DNA from: an uncultured Verrucomicrobiae bacterium | GTDB taxonomy: Bacteria; Verrucomicrobiota; Verrucomicrobiia; Limisphaerales; Palsa-1400 | Length of the DNA stretch: 64,000 nucleotides | Assembly: GCA_963707025.1 (NCBI GenBank) | Contig: CAVPOM010000006.1 | Span: 766,094-830,093 of the forward strand | Direction: 5' to 3' | Shown: piece after piece, positions 1 through 11,599 of the stretch | Numbering within the stretch: position 1 is the stretch's first letter | Layout of the letters: the number at the start of each line of letters is the position of its first letter | The notes under the pieces: generated by a model | The model's input: the letters and a program-made list of their open reading frames with translations, nothing else | Told to the model about the DNA's origin: nothing | Databases searched by the model: none | Position numbers and translations under genes: made by a program

Positions 1-235
1 ACTTGGCGTCCAGGTACTTGGCGATGATTTGGGAAAAGTCGTCGGTTTCAAATACCACCGTGTGGCCATCCTTGATGATGGGCACCCCGTAATAGCGCTG
101 CCGGCTGAGCCGCCAGACGCGGGAGCGGTCGGAAGGCGCGATATTGGTCGTTTTGAACGGCATGCCGGAGTATTCCAGGATGCGGCGCTGGACCAGACAG
201 AACGGGCTCCATGGAAATTGGATAAGTTCGATCAT
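1..235 (-). CDS. Glutathione S-transferase N-terminal (thioredoxin-like) domain protein, truncated by window edge
   Basis: Manual translation MIELIQFPWSPFCLVQRRILEYSGMPF...YYGVPIIKDG...DFSQIIAKYLD. The SPFC, VP and S-x-x-I-x-x-YL motifs are typical of GST_N. TTGCAA-17-TAGTCT lies upstream. Confidence 0.7.
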   Translation of the reverse strand, partial: MIELIQFPWSPFCLVQRRILEYSGMPFKTTNIAPSDRSRVWRLSRQRYYGVPIIKDGHTVVFETDDFSQIIAKYLDAK

Positions 236-510
236 CTCTGTGGGCTAAACCACCCGGTCAGACTAACGGCGCGCGGCGGCCCTTGCAAGAAAAGTTTGGG
301 CGTAAAGTCCGGTGCCCGCATCCGGGACGGCTTGCCTGGGAGCGGGACCGTCCTCCCGCCGCTGGCAACCAGGGTCTGACACCGGCCAGCTCCCGATTCT
401 CAGTAAATTTCAGTTGATTTCAGGCCTGACCTGCCCAAAAATCCGATCCTCTCAGCGCCGCCATAGTCAAGAATCATGCAACGCCAACCAGATGCTCAGT
501 CCGCCGTTTT

Positions 511-1512
511 ATGGGAACCGCACCAATGAGCCAGCCCAGCCGCATCTCCTTTGCCATGCTTCCGCTGATTCTGGTATTGACTGGATGGCTGCACATGGGC
601 GCGCTGCTGCTCTCGGTGTTGTTTTCCTATTTTGCCATCGCCAAGCTGGATTTCCTCAAGCCCCGGGGCAAATGGCTGGCGGTGGCCCTGTTTCTGGCGC
701 TGCTGGCCGGTCTGGCCTACGGGCTGACCTATTTTATCCAGGCCACCGTCCAGGCCCTGCCCAACATTGCGGAGAAGGCGGTGCCCGCCATCATGCAATG
801 GGCCTCCGACCACAAGATCAAGCTGCCGTTCACCGATCTGGACAGCTTGAAGGACCGGGCCTTCGAGTTCGCGCGCAGCCAGGCGAGCAATCTGGGCAAG
901 TTCGCCGACTTCGCGCGCGGGGCCACCACGCAGTTTGTCTATTTGGTGGTTGGCTGCCTGGTGGCCATCGGATTGTTTCTCAATCCGCGGCTGGAACACG
1001 GTGACCCCGCCGGCGCGCCCGTCCCCAACTTGTACTCCCTGTGTTGCGAAGAAATCAGCCGGCGTTTCGCCACCTTTTACCGCAGCTTTGACATCGTCAT
1101 GAACGCCCAGGTCGCCATCTCCGCCATTGACGCGGTGCTGACGGGCATCTTCATGGCCTGCCAGGGCCTGCCCCACCTGGTGGTCGCGGTCGGAGTCACC
1201 TTTCTTTGCGGCCTGATTCCGGTGGTGGGCAATCTGGTGAGCAACACCCTGGTGGTGGCGGTTGGGTTCATGGTTTCCCCGGCCAAGGGATTGTGGGCCC
1301 TGGCTTTTTTGGTCTTCATCCACCAATTGGAATACCTCCTGCGCAGCAAAATCATCGGCGCCAAAACCCGCACCTCCCTCTGGCTGACGCTGCTGGCTTT
1401 GTTGCTGGGCGAAAGGCTCATGGGCATCACCGGCATGATGCTCGCCCCGGCCGTGCTGCATTACATTCGCATCGAAGCCTCGATAATCACAGTCAATCCT
1501 AATAATGGCTGA
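511..1512 (+). CDS. AI-2E (PerM) family transporter
   Basis: About 330 aa, multi-TM, with GLIPVVG, QLEY..SKIIG and GITGMMLAP motifs. Start may be ATG 526. Confidence 0.85.
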   Translation: MGTAPMSQPSRISFAMLPLILVLTGWLHMGALLLSVLFSYFAIAKLDFLKPRGKWLAVALFLALLAGLAYGLTYFIQATVQALPNIAEKAVPAIMQWASDHKIKLPFTDLDSLKDRAFEFARSQASNLGKFADFARGATTQFVYLVVGCLVAIGLFLNPRLEHGDPAGAPVPNLYSLCCEEISRRFATFYRSFDIVMNAQVAISAIDAVLTGIFMACQGLPHLVVAVGVTFLCGLIPVVGNLVSNTLVVAVGFMVSPAKGLWALAFLVFIHQLEYLLRSKIIGAKTRTSLWLTLLALLLGERLMGITGMMLAPAVLHYIRIEASIITVNPNNG

Positions 1513-1597
1513 GCGCGGGCGGAGCCGCCCCTGGCTTTCCCGGCCGCCCGGCAAAATTTGACTTTGAATCGCGGGGCGGAAAGTCCATTGTGCGCGC

Positions 1598-3188
1598 ATG
1601 GAAGCGGTTGATCAGTTGGACGAAATCCTGAGTTGCCGGCTGGACGCCGGCCGCAGAACGGTCGAGCCTTGCACCATGGTCATCTTCGGCGCCAGCGGCG
1701 ATTTGACCGCGCGCAAACTCATCCCCGCGCTCTACCATCTCTGCGCCGAAAGTCAGATGCCCAATCCTTTCCGCATCGTCGGCTTCGCCCGGCGCGACAA
1801 AACCAGACGAATCCTGGCGGGAGGAATTGCGCCAGGCCACTAGTTTTCCCGCACCCAGCCGGTGGACGAGGCCGCCCAATGGGAGGCCTTCGCGCCCAAT
1901 CTGTTTTATTGCCCGGGCGAGTTTGGCGATGCCGCGGCTTACCAAAAGCTGCGCGCGCAACTGGACGGATTCGGCAGCGAGCCGTTGCGCCGCAACCTGG
2001 TTTTTTATCTGGCCACCTCACCCAGCCAGTTCGGCGAAGTGGCCGAGCAACTGCACGAGGCCGGACTGCTGGCGCGCCACGACGGGGAGGGCAGCGGCCC
2101 GCGGCTCGTGGTGGAGAAACCCTTCGGCCACGACCTGGCCTCGGCCCAGGCGCTGAACCGCGAATTGACGCGCTTCGCCCACGAAAAACAGGTTTGCCGC
2201 ATTGACCATTACCTCGGCAAGGAGACGGTGCAGAACATTTTGATGTTCCGCTTTTCCAATTCCATTTTCGAGCAGCTCTGGAACCGCAATTCCGTGGACC
2301 ACGTGCAGATCACCGTCAGCGAAAAACTCGGCGTGGGCGACCGCGGCGGCTATTACGAGGAAGCCGGCGCGCTGCGCGACATGGTGCAAAACCACATGCT
2401 GCAGGTCCTGTCGCTGGTGGCGATGGAACCGCCCGTGTCGCTGGAAGCCGAATCCGTCCGCGACGAAAAGGTGAAGCTGCTCAAATCCATCCGCGCGCTT
2501 CGACGCCGGACAGACGTGCGCGCGGCAGGTCGTGCGCGGCCAATATTTCGCCGGCACGATCAATGGACGAAGCCGGTGCCCGGCTACCGGCAGGAACCCA
2601 AGGTGAAGCCGGATTCCAATGTGGAAACCTACGTCGCGCTTGAAGCTGTTCATTGACAACTGGCGCTGGTCGGGCGTGCCGTTTTATCTGCGCACCGGCA
2701 AATACCTGCCGCATGAGCGCCAGCGAGGTGCGCATCCAATTTCGTCCCACGCCGCACGTCCTGTTCGCCGCGCAATGCGGGCAGAACCTCGACGCCAATG
2801 CCCTCACGCTGCGCCTCCAGCCGAACGAGGGGATTTATCTGCGGTTCAACGGCAAGGTGCCCGGCATGAGCCTGGGCGTGCGGCCCGGTGCGGATGCATT
2901 TCAGCTACGACGCCGAATTCGGCGCTTACACGCCCGAAGCTTACGAACGGCTGCTGCTGGAAGCCATCGCCGGCGACGCGACGCTCTTCATCCGCCGCGA
3001 CGAGGTGGAGACCGCGTGGCAGAATCGTGGACTCCATCCGCCAGGGCTGGGATGGCAAGCCGCTGACGAACCGCGAATTTTACGCCGCCGGCACCTGGGG
3101 TCCGGTGGCCGCCGACGAAATGCTGGCCGGGCGCAACCACAAGTGGCGGATGACCTCCGACGTTTCAGCCGCTCCCAAGGCGGGCTGA
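1598..3188 (+). CDS. zwf: Glucose-6-phosphate 1-dehydrogenase (several frameshifts, probably assembly indels)
   Basis: [49 protein letters not shown] and Y.AGTWGP motifs are spread over several frames. Confidence 0.95.
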
Positions 3189-3283
3189 GCCGCCCGGCCG
3201 TCGTCGCGCCGCGAAATGGCCGGGGAAGACGCGGGAAGATTTGCGGCTGAAAAATTGATAGAACTTTGAATTGAAGACAGCGT

Positions 3284-4030
3284 ATGAAGAACCTTGAAGT
3301 GATCCACCTTGCCAGCAGCGTTGAACTGGCCGAAACCGCGGCCAAAGACTGGCTGAATTTGATCCCCGGCTCGCCTTCCGCGCATTTGGTGGCGCTGGCC
3401 GGGGGCCGCATTGCCAGCACTTTTTTTGACGCCGTGACCGAGCATGCCGTCGCCTCCGATGTTTCCTTCGACCACGTCCATTTCTTCTGGTCCGATGAAC
3501 GTTGCGTTCCGCCGGACCATCGCGACAGCAATTTCCGCATCGCCTACAAAGAGTTGCTCGGCCCTCTGGGCATTTGCCAGGATAGAATCCACCGCATCAA
3601 AGGCGAATTGAAGCCGGCCCAGGCCGTGACCGAGGCCAACACCGCCATCGGCCTGGTCGCCCCCGCCAACAGTTCGGGCCTGCCCGTGCTGGATTTGGTC
3701 TTTCTCGGCATGGGCGAAGACGGGCACGTCGCCTCGCTCTTCCCCAATGCGCCGGCCTCTGTCATCGAAAGCGAAGCGCCCTACCTGGCCGTGCGCAGTT
3801 CCAGCAAGCCGCCGCCCTTGCGCATCAGCCTGAGCTACGCCGCCATTGCCGCGGCCAGGCAGGTCTGGGTTCTGGTGGCCGGGGCGGGCAAGGAAGAAGT
3901 ATTCCTCCAATCCCTGCGTCCCGGTGGCAAGACCCCGTTGGCGCACATCGTGCAATCGCGTCGTCAAACCCGGATCTATACAGACATTGCCGCCGAACCG
4001 TCCGCGCGTCAGCCGGAGGCAAGGAGATAA
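3284..4030 (+). CDS. pgl: 6-phosphogluconolactonase
   Basis: FWSDERCVPPDHRDSNF and LGMGEDGHVASLFP motifs; follows zwf. Confidence 0.93.
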   Translation: MKNLEVIHLASSVELAETAAKDWLNLIPGSPSAHLVALAGGRIASTFFDAVTEHAVASDVSFDHVHFFWSDERCVPPDHRDSNFRIAYKELLGPLGICQDRIHRIKGELKPAQAVTEANTAIGLVAPANSSGLPVLDLVFLGMGEDGHVASLFPNAPASVIESEAPYLAVRSSSKPPPLRISLSYAAIAAARQVWVLVAGAGKEEVFLQSLRPGGKTPLAHIVQSRRQTRIYTDIAAEPSARQPEARR

Positions 4031-4310
4031 ACAAACCGCGATCAATGTGGCATTACCGGGGCGGCGGGGCGGCGCCACAGCACCACTCGACAGGATAAGG
4101 CAACGATTAGCCAAAACTTCTCGTTCCCGACGCCAATTCTGTCAAATTTGCCGTCCGCAAATCCAGCAGGGCCGATGGTTAAAAAGAGCCACTCTGCTAA
4201 ATTCGCCTCAGCAGAGGCAGGAGCAGGCCGGCTGTTTGGCCCGTAATCTCCTGTGCCTAAATCATTACTACCCATGTTGTTAGAAAGTTGTAAGAGTTTT
4301 TCCAACCCGT

Positions 4311-4326
4311 TGGCATTGAGCTTGCT
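4311..4326 (+). promoter_or_regulatory. sigma54 (-24/-12) promoter of glnK-amtB
   Basis: TGGCATTGAGCTTGCT, GG-N10-GC, upstream of nitrogen-regulated genes. Confidence 0.85.
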
Positions 4327-4446
4327 AGACGGTTCCCATGCCCGATTTCTGATGCGCCTTGTCAGGCAGCCGTAGGCGGGTTTATGCCGGTGAAAGAGGG
4401 GTGATGCCGTCGTCCCGTCCGACAGCGGCCGGGCGCGCGACCGTGA

Positions 4447-4803
<357 letters not shown>

Positions 4804-4829
4804 ACCCAATCCATCCATCCCAAAATCAA

Positions 4830-6359
4830 ATGAATCGAAACCTGAAAAAATCCTGGCTCTGCTTGACACTGCTGGCCTGCCTTTGCGCCAGCCCACTGGC
4901 CGTGCGCGCGGGCGAGGGCGCCCCGCCCAAAAAACTGGCCGAACCGACCGTCGAACAGCGCCTGGAAGACTTGGAAGCCTATATTAACAACGCCGGACGA
5001 CAGGCCGACACCGCCAGCAACAACGTCAGTTCCAAACTGGGCACCTACGACGAGAAGGCCAACACTTTCACCGCCAACCCCGGCCCGGGCCACAACGCCT
5101 GGCAGATGACTTCGGCCGCCTTGGTCCTGTTCATGACCCTGCCCGGACTGGCCCTTTTCTACGGCGGTTTGGTGCGGCGCAAGAATGTCCTCTCCGTCAT
5201 CGCGCAATGCTTCTTCATCACGGGCCTGGTCACCATTCTGTGGTGGCTTTGCGGGTATAGCATGGCGTTTGCCTCGGGCAACACCAACAGCGGATATTCG
5301 ATGTGGGGCAGCCTCACCAAATACGCTTTCTTCAATGGTGTGGATTCCAGCCCGAATACCGATTACTCGGCGTGGGTTTCGCACAACGTCTATGCCATTT
5401 ACCAACTGATGTTTGCCATCATCACCCCGGCGCTGATTATCGGCGCCATTGCCGAGCGCATGAAGTTCTCGGCCATCTGCCTGTTTATGACGCTGTGGAT
5501 GTTCATCGTCTATTTCCCGCAAGCCCACATGATCTGGGGCGTGGATGGGATGATGAACGGGGTGTCCAACGCCAAAGCCAGCATTCACGCCATTGATTTC
5601 GCCGGCGGCACGGTCGTCCACATGACCTCCGGCTGGTCGGCGCTGATTCTGTGCCTGATCCTGGGCAAACGACTGGGCTGGGGCAAAACCAACTTCGCCC
5701 CGCATAGCATGGTGCTGTGCTTCGTCGGCACGGGCATGCTCTGGGTCGGCTGGTACGGCTTCAATGCCGGCAGCGCCGTGGCCGCCAACGTCATCGCCGC
5801 CAACGCCTTCACCACCACCACCCTGGCCACCGCTGTCGCCTCCTTCACATGGCCGATGATGGAATGGATTGTCCGGGGCAAACCGAGCGTGCTCGGCTTC
5901 TGCTCCGGCGCCGTGGCGGGCCTGGTAGTGATCACGCCGGCCTGCGGATTCGTCACGGCCAGCGGCGCGGTCCTCATCGGCATCGCCGCCGGTGTGATAC
6001 CCTGGTTCTTCTGCTACAAAGTGAAAAGATGGTTTGGCTATGACGATGCGCTGGACACCTTCGGCGTCCACGCCATCGGCGGAACCCTCGGCGCGCTCAT
6101 GACCGGCATGCTGGCCAGAAACAGCGCCAATGGGAATCTGGCCAACAACCTGAAGGCTTACGTCACGGATTCCTACTTTCAGCCGCTGGTGGGCCAGCAA
6201 CTCAAGGCCATCGGCGTGACGCTCCTGCTCGCCACCGTGGGCACGACGGTCATCGCCTGCATCGTCAAATTCACCATCGGTCTGCGGCCGAGCGAAGAAG
6301 AGGAAACGCAGGGGCTGGACCTCTCCGGCCACGACGAAGAAGGCTACTCCTCCAGCTAA
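4830..6359 (+). CDS. amtB: Ammonium transporter with signal peptide and N-terminal extension
   Basis: PGLALFYGGLVR, DFAGGTVVH, GWYGFNAGS and DDALDTFGVH motifs. Confidence 0.96.
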   Translation: MNRNLKKSWLCLTLLACLCASPLAVRAGEGAPPKKLAEPTVEQRLEDLEAYINNAGRQADTASNNVSSKLGTYDEKANTFTANPGPGHNAWQMTSAALVLFMTLPGLALFYGGLVRRKNVLSVIAQCFFITGLVTILWWLCGYSMAFASGNTNSGYSMWGSLTKYAFFNGVDSSPNTDYSAWVSHNVYAIYQLMFAIITPALIIGAIAERMKFSAICLFMTLWMFIVYFPQAHMIWGVDGMMNGVSNAKASIHAIDFAGGTVVHMTSGWSALILCLILGKRLGWGKTNFAPHSMVLCFVGTGMLWVGWYGFNAGSAVAANVIAANAFTTTTLATAVASFTWPMMEWIVRGKPSVLGFCSGAVAGLVVITPACGFVTASGAVLIGIAAGVIPWFFCYKVKRWFGYDDALDTFGVHAIGGTLGALMTGMLARNSANGNLANNLKAYVTDSYFQPLVGQQLKAIGVTLLLATVGTTVIACIVKFTIGLRPSEEEETQGLDLSGHDEEGYSSS

Positions 6360-6532
6360 TTCGCGGAGTGGCCGGCGGCATGGACCGGCTTTTTGGATGT
6401 ATCACCTGGTCGCAGGAATCGGCGCGGGCCTCCCGGCTCGCGCCGATTTGTCTGGCGCAGGGAAGCGAAGCCCCGTTTCGATTCCCCGGCCTTTTGCACA
6501 GATCTGCTGCGCCGCACCTGAAACATTTCGCC

Positions 6533-6563
6533 TTGCCCTTTTTGGGCTGTTTTTTTCGCATTG
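6533..6563 (+). promoter_or_regulatory. Candidate ECF-sigma promoter upstream of the kinase
   Basis: TTGCCC-N16-TTCGCATTG; the motif recurs at 10224-10253. Confidence 0.5.
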
Positions 6564-6587
6564 AAGGTTGAATGATCCGATTTGCCC

Positions 6588-9500
6588 ATGCCTGAGCCAT
6601 CTGAACGCGAAATTGAAGTTTTCAACGCGGCGCTGGAATTGCCGGCCGCGGAGCGAGGCGCTTACCTCGACCAGGTCTGCGCTGGCGACGCCGCTCTGCG
6701 TGGGCGCGTCGAGGAACTCCTTCAGGCTGGCGACAAAGCGGGCACCTTCCTCCAAAGCCCGGCCGCCGTTCCCCCAGGACCGGGCGGAACCATACGGCTC
6801 GCGCTGACTCCCGCCGAGAAACCTGGCGACCGGATTGGCCGCTACAAATTGCTCCAACAAATCGGCGAAGGCGGCTGCGGCATGGTCTATATGGCCGAGC
6901 AGGAAGAGCCAGTGCAGCGGCGGGTGGCACTGAAGGTGATCAAGCTGGGGATGGACACCAAGAGTGTCATTGCCCGGTTCGAGGCGGAGCGGCAGGCGCT
7001 GGCCTTGATGGATCATCCGAATATTGCCAAGGTGTTGGACGCGGGCGCGACGGAAACGGGACGCCCGTATTTCGTCATGGAACTGGTGCGCGGCATCAAG
7101 ATCACGGATTACTGCGACCAGAACAATCTCTCCACCCAGGAACGGCTGGAGCTTTTCATGCAGGTTTGCCGCGCCATTCAGCACGCGCACCAGAAAGGCA
7201 TCATTCACCGGGACATCAAACCGTCGAACATTCTGGTGACGATGGACGACGGCGTCGCCCGTGCCCAAGGTGATTGATTTCGGCATTGCCAAAGCGACGC
7301 ACGGCAAATTGACCGATCAAACCCTTTTCACCGCCTTCGAGCAATTCATCGGCACCCCTGCCTACATGAGTCCGGAGCAGGCCGAGATGAGCGCACTGGA
7401 TATTGACACGCGCAGCGACATCTACAGCCTCGGCGTGCTGCTTTACGAACTGCTGACCGGCCAGACCCCGTTTGACGCCAAAGAACTGCTGCAAGCTGGC
7501 CTGGATGAAATCCGCCGCACGATACGTGAGCAGGAACCAGCGCGTCCCTCGACCTGCTTGAGCACGATGCTGGGTGCTGACCTGACCGCGGTCGCCAAAC
7601 ACCGGAAATCCGAGCCGCCTAAGTTGATTCATTTGGTGCGGGGCGACCTGGACTGGATCGTGATGAAGGCGCTGGAGAAGGACCGCACGCGCCGTTACGA
7701 AACGGCCAACGGTCTGGCGATGGACATCCAGCGTCATTTGAGCAACGAACCGGTGGTGGCGCGCCCGCCCAGCGCCGCCTACAAATTTCAGAAAGCATTT
7801 CGCCGCAACAAGCTTATGTTTGCTGCTGGGACGGCGGTGCTCATCGCCTTGGTCGCCGGTTTGGGTTTGGCCGCCATCGGCTGGCATCAGACGCGCCTTG
7901 AAAGGGACAAGGCAGTTCAGGCTCGGGCAGAAGAAGAGGAGCAGCGGAAGGCAGCGCAGTTGGCAGAGAAGGCGGAACAAGCCAGTGAGAAGGAACGGGG
8001 AAGCCTGCGGAGCGTCAATTGGGCGCTGGAAACGGCGGTGCCGGAAATCGAGCAGTTACTCGACAAGGATGATTACACGGGCGCCTTTAAACTGGTCGAG
8101 CAAGCCCGGCCCTTCATGGAAGACAACGCCAGGTTCCAGGCGCTGTCGGCGCGGGTCGTCGGCGCGATCTCGGTCGAGACCACGCCCCCGGGCGCCCAAG
8201 TCTTCATCAGGGATTACAAAGACCTCAGCCCTAATTGGGAGCCTGTCGGCAAGTCTCCCCTCAACGAAATGAGGGTGTCTCAGGGCTTCAAGCGTTGGAA
8301 AATCACGCTGCCCGGATACGAAGTGGCGGAGGGCGCCCTGCCCGCCGGTCCAAAGACCGTTGAGCTCAAGGTTGATTTGGACAAGATTGGAACCATTCCT
8401 CCTGATATGGTGCGGATTAAGGGAGGACGACTTACCCCTAACCTGCAACATCTCGATCGCCAGGCAATGCCGGCGATGAACGTGTCCGAATTTCTGCTGG
8501 ACCGATATGAGGTGTCCAATCGGCGCTATCGAGATTTCGTCCAAGCCGGTGGTTACCGGAAGCCGGAGTACTGGAAACATAAGTTCGTCAAGGACGGTGT
8601 GGAACTCAATTGGCCGGCGGCGATGAAGCTGTTCGTGGATCAGACGGGTCAGCCCGGCCCCGCCACTTGGGAAAACGGGGACTTCCCGAAAGGCCAGGAG
8701 GACTACCCGGTCGCCGGCGTCAGTTGGTACGAGGCTGCCGCCTACGCCGAGTTCGCCGGCAAGCGCCTGCCCAGCATTTACCATTGGAGCTTGGCGGCCG
8801 TAAATCCAAATAATCATGAGCCCAGTTTCATCATCCCTCTAAGCAACTTTGGAGGGAAGGGTCCGGCACCCGTCGGGACCTTCCAGGGAATAACCCGCCA
8901 GGGAGTGTATGACATGGCGGGAAATGTCAAAGCCTGGTGCTTCAATGAGTGTCCTGACGGCTACCGAATCATGACCGGAGGCGCCTGGAATGAACCGCAG
9001 TACCTGTTTAACTATGCCGATAAGTACCCGCCAACTTTCCGCTCGGCGAATTTTGGGTTCCGCTGCATGAAACCGCTCACGGACGACGCTGATTGGGAGC
9101 AGGCGGCTGGTCCGGTTCCCTGGCTTCCTCTTCCAGTCCTGGGCGACCAAAAGCCCTGCTCGGACGAAGTATTCCAAGCCTATCTGAGCTTATATAAGTA
9201 CGATAAATCAGAATTACAACCTGCGATCGAGGCCACCGAAGACCTGGGCATCTATACAAGGCGGGAAAAAGTCGCTTTCAATGCGGCCTCTGGCAACGAA
9301 AGGATGAACGCCTACCTTTATCTCCCCCGCACCGGCAAACCGCCTTTCCAGACCGTGATCTACTTTCCTGGAGCCAACGCCGCGATGGTCTCGTCCTTTA
9401 GTGACACTGACGGAATGCCCGAGCTTTTTGAAAAGCACACGAGGAACGGCCGTGCATTTGTCATTCCTGTTCTGCAGGGAGACTTCGAAAGGAAATCACC

Positions 9501-10038
9501 CCGCCAAAAACAAGGCGAAACCACAGATCGGAGTGTTCCGCAAGGATCCGGACTTCGGAAATTACCCCAGCAAAAACAAGGCGAAACGACAGACCCCGAG
9601 CCTGGAATCCTGTGGGTCAAAGATTTCGAAAGAACCATAGACTACCTGGAAACCCGTCCAGACGAGTTCGACACCCACAAGCTGGCCTATGAAGGAATGA
9701 GCAGGGGAGGCCGCTGGGGCGGCGTTTTGCCTGCCATTGAGACCCGGATTAAGGTCGTGGTCCTGGTTAGCGGCGGCCTGAACGCCGCCATGCCCCCGGA
9801 ATGCAGCCAGGTTAACTTCGCTCCTCGAATCAAGATTCCGATCCTCATGCTGAATGGCAGATGGGATTCAACCTTTCCGCTTGAATCGAGCCAAAAACCC
9901 CTTCTGGGGCTCTTCGGCACGGCGGAAAGGGACAAGCAGCTTAAGATTTACGAAGCCAGCCACAACGTCTGGGCTTTAAACGAAGCCCACAAAGATGAGC
10001 TCGATTTCCTGGACAAATATCTTGGCCCCGTGAAATGA
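6588..10038 (+). CDS. Hanks Ser/Thr kinase + TM + FGE-sulfatase-like domain + alpha/beta hydrolase (frameshift near 7260)
   Basis: IGEGGCG, VALK, HRDIKPSN, DFG and YMSPEQ motifs; a TM segment; PVAGVSWYEAAAYA, DMAGNV and GFRC; GMSRGG nucleophile elbow. Confidence 0.9.
9491..9593 (+). repeat. In-frame direct repeat with 66-bp period inside the kinase C-terminal domain
   Basis: GGAAATCACCCCGCCAAAAACAAGGCGAAACCACAGA (9491) and GGAAATTACCCCAGCAAAAACAAGGCGAAACGACAGA (9557). Confidence 0.85.
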
Positions 10039-10079
10039 GGAACCCCTGGCGATATGACTTACGTGCCCGAAAGCTAAAG

Positions 10080-10160
10080 GACGCCGCCGCAGTGAAACTA
10101 TGGAACTTGGCGAGCGGTCGTAAGGTCATTACTTTTAAGGCCGATATCCCTCTGTTGTAA
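10080..10160 (+). pseudogene. Relic of a single WD40 repeat
   Basis: Translates as DAAAVKLWNLASGRKVITFKADIPLL*, with no plausible gene start. Confidence 0.5.
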
Positions 10161-10223
10161 GATGCTGACCGGCAGGCGGCCGGCATTCCCCCTGCCGGAC
10201 CGAGCTGGATTCAGGCAAATAAT

Positions 10224-10253
10224 TTGCCCCTTTGTCCCCGCCATTTCGCACTG
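10224..10253 (+). promoter_or_regulatory. Candidate ECF-sigma promoter upstream of the secreted protein
   Basis: TTGCCC-N15-TTCGCACTG, matching 6533-6563. Confidence 0.5.
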
Positions 10254-10341
10254 GTTAACGATGGGCAAACTTGTCCACCGATTAAAAATTAAAAACCGGC
10301 CTGCGGGCCCCAACAAAAACAACAAAGTGAAGGAGTAAATT

Positions 10342-11376
10342 ATGAAACAGACAAATGACATCAACAACAGAACACAAACCGGGTCGGCACCGGCGGACGA
10401 AATCGCTGTACTGCCGGTTCGCCACTTGCAGGCGTCCGGTCGAGGATTATTGCCGAAGGCCGGAGTTATCGCCTTGCTGCTGGGGACGGGTTTGCTCACG
10501 GCAATGGGGCAGACGCATCCACCGCAATATCGCTTCATCGAAATCCCGTTGCCCGTTCCGTCGTATGCTGTCGGCATCAACGACGAAGGACTCGTCACGG
10601 GATTCTACCAGGATCCGACCACGGGTGACGTCTTCAGCTTCCAATCGCACCACGGCGACCTGATTACTGGCATCTCTGCCCCCGGAGCCACTTTCACGGC
10701 CATCGGCCCCGCCAACAACTTCGGCTTTGAGGGCGGCAATGTAGGCAGCGAGACGACTTCGCTAGCGGTGCTCTATGACATTCGCCGCGGATCGTATTTC
10801 TACCTTCCCGAAATCCCGGGTATGCCTTACAGCTTGGGCGATGGCGTTAATGACTTCGGCCACGCCTCTGGCATCGCGTACCCAAGCGGCGGTTTTTTTA
10901 CCGGAGGCGTCGGCCTTGGCACGAGTTGGATCTGGGATGGCAAGGATTATACCTTTTTCGATGTCCCGGGCGCGGTCAATGGGACGGTGGCCGGCGGTAT
11001 CAACGATTCGGACCAGGTAGCCGGCTTCTTCATAGACGCCTCGGGCTATCCGCAAGGGTTCGTCAAGCATGGCTCGCACTACACGACCTTTAATGCGCCC
11101 GGAGCGCTCTTGACCGTGGCCTTCGGCATCAACAATCAGGGCTTGGTGGCCGGCCTTTATGTGAACCCGGACGGCAGCCAACACGGTTACATCTGGTCCG
11201 ACGGTAAATTCACCACCGTGGATGTGACCCTCCCAGCCGCGAAGAACGGGACCTTGTGGTACCAAGCCAATGACCAGGGAGACCTGGCCGGTGTTTATTA
11301 CGATTCCACCGGCGCGGAACATGCGATCATCGCCCTGCGCCTGGACGGAGACCGGGACCGGGACGACCGAAAGTAG
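10342..11376 (+). CDS. Secreted beta-repeat (HAF-like) protein
   Basis: Signal-like hydrophobic stretch and repeated GIN(D/N)xGxVxG units. Confidence 0.7.
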   Translation: MKQTNDINNRTQTGSAPADEIAVLPVRHLQASGRGLLPKAGVIALLLGTGLLTAMGQTHPPQYRFIEIPLPVPSYAVGINDEGLVTGFYQDPTTGDVFSFQSHHGDLITGISAPGATFTAIGPANNFGFEGGNVGSETTSLAVLYDIRRGSYFYLPEIPGMPYSLGDGVNDFGHASGIAYPSGGFFTGGVGLGTSWIWDGKDYTFFDVPGAVNGTVAGGINDSDQVAGFFIDASGYPQGFVKHGSHYTTFNAPGALLTVAFGINNQGLVAGLYVNPDGSQHGYIWSDGKFTTVDVTLPAAKNGTLWYQANDQGDLAGVYYDSTGAEHAIIALRLDGDRDRDDRK

Positions 11377-11599
11377 GCTCAATCCGCCAGCGCGCCTCAT
11401 GCTGGCTCCGTCTCACCCTGGGATGCGGCAGCTTTTCAGGCCATGGTCCTGTGGAACAAACCCACAGGGCCATGGTTCTTCACCGGCACTGAAAGGATTT
11501 TCCTGCCCGGCAACGAAATTGCCGACGTGATTTTTTTGTTTGCAGTATTGATGCCAAATTGACTGGCACAAGGCCGGGTAATTTGATAGCAGTCGCTGG

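Noticed and set aside
4193..4215. TCTGCT-N11-AGCAGA palindrome as an NtrC site
   Set aside because: The position is plausible, but the match to the NtrC consensus is poor and it is a single instance.
11564..11580. Plus-strand TGGCAC as a sigma54 promoter for the ECF gene
   Set aside because: No GC at the -12 position.
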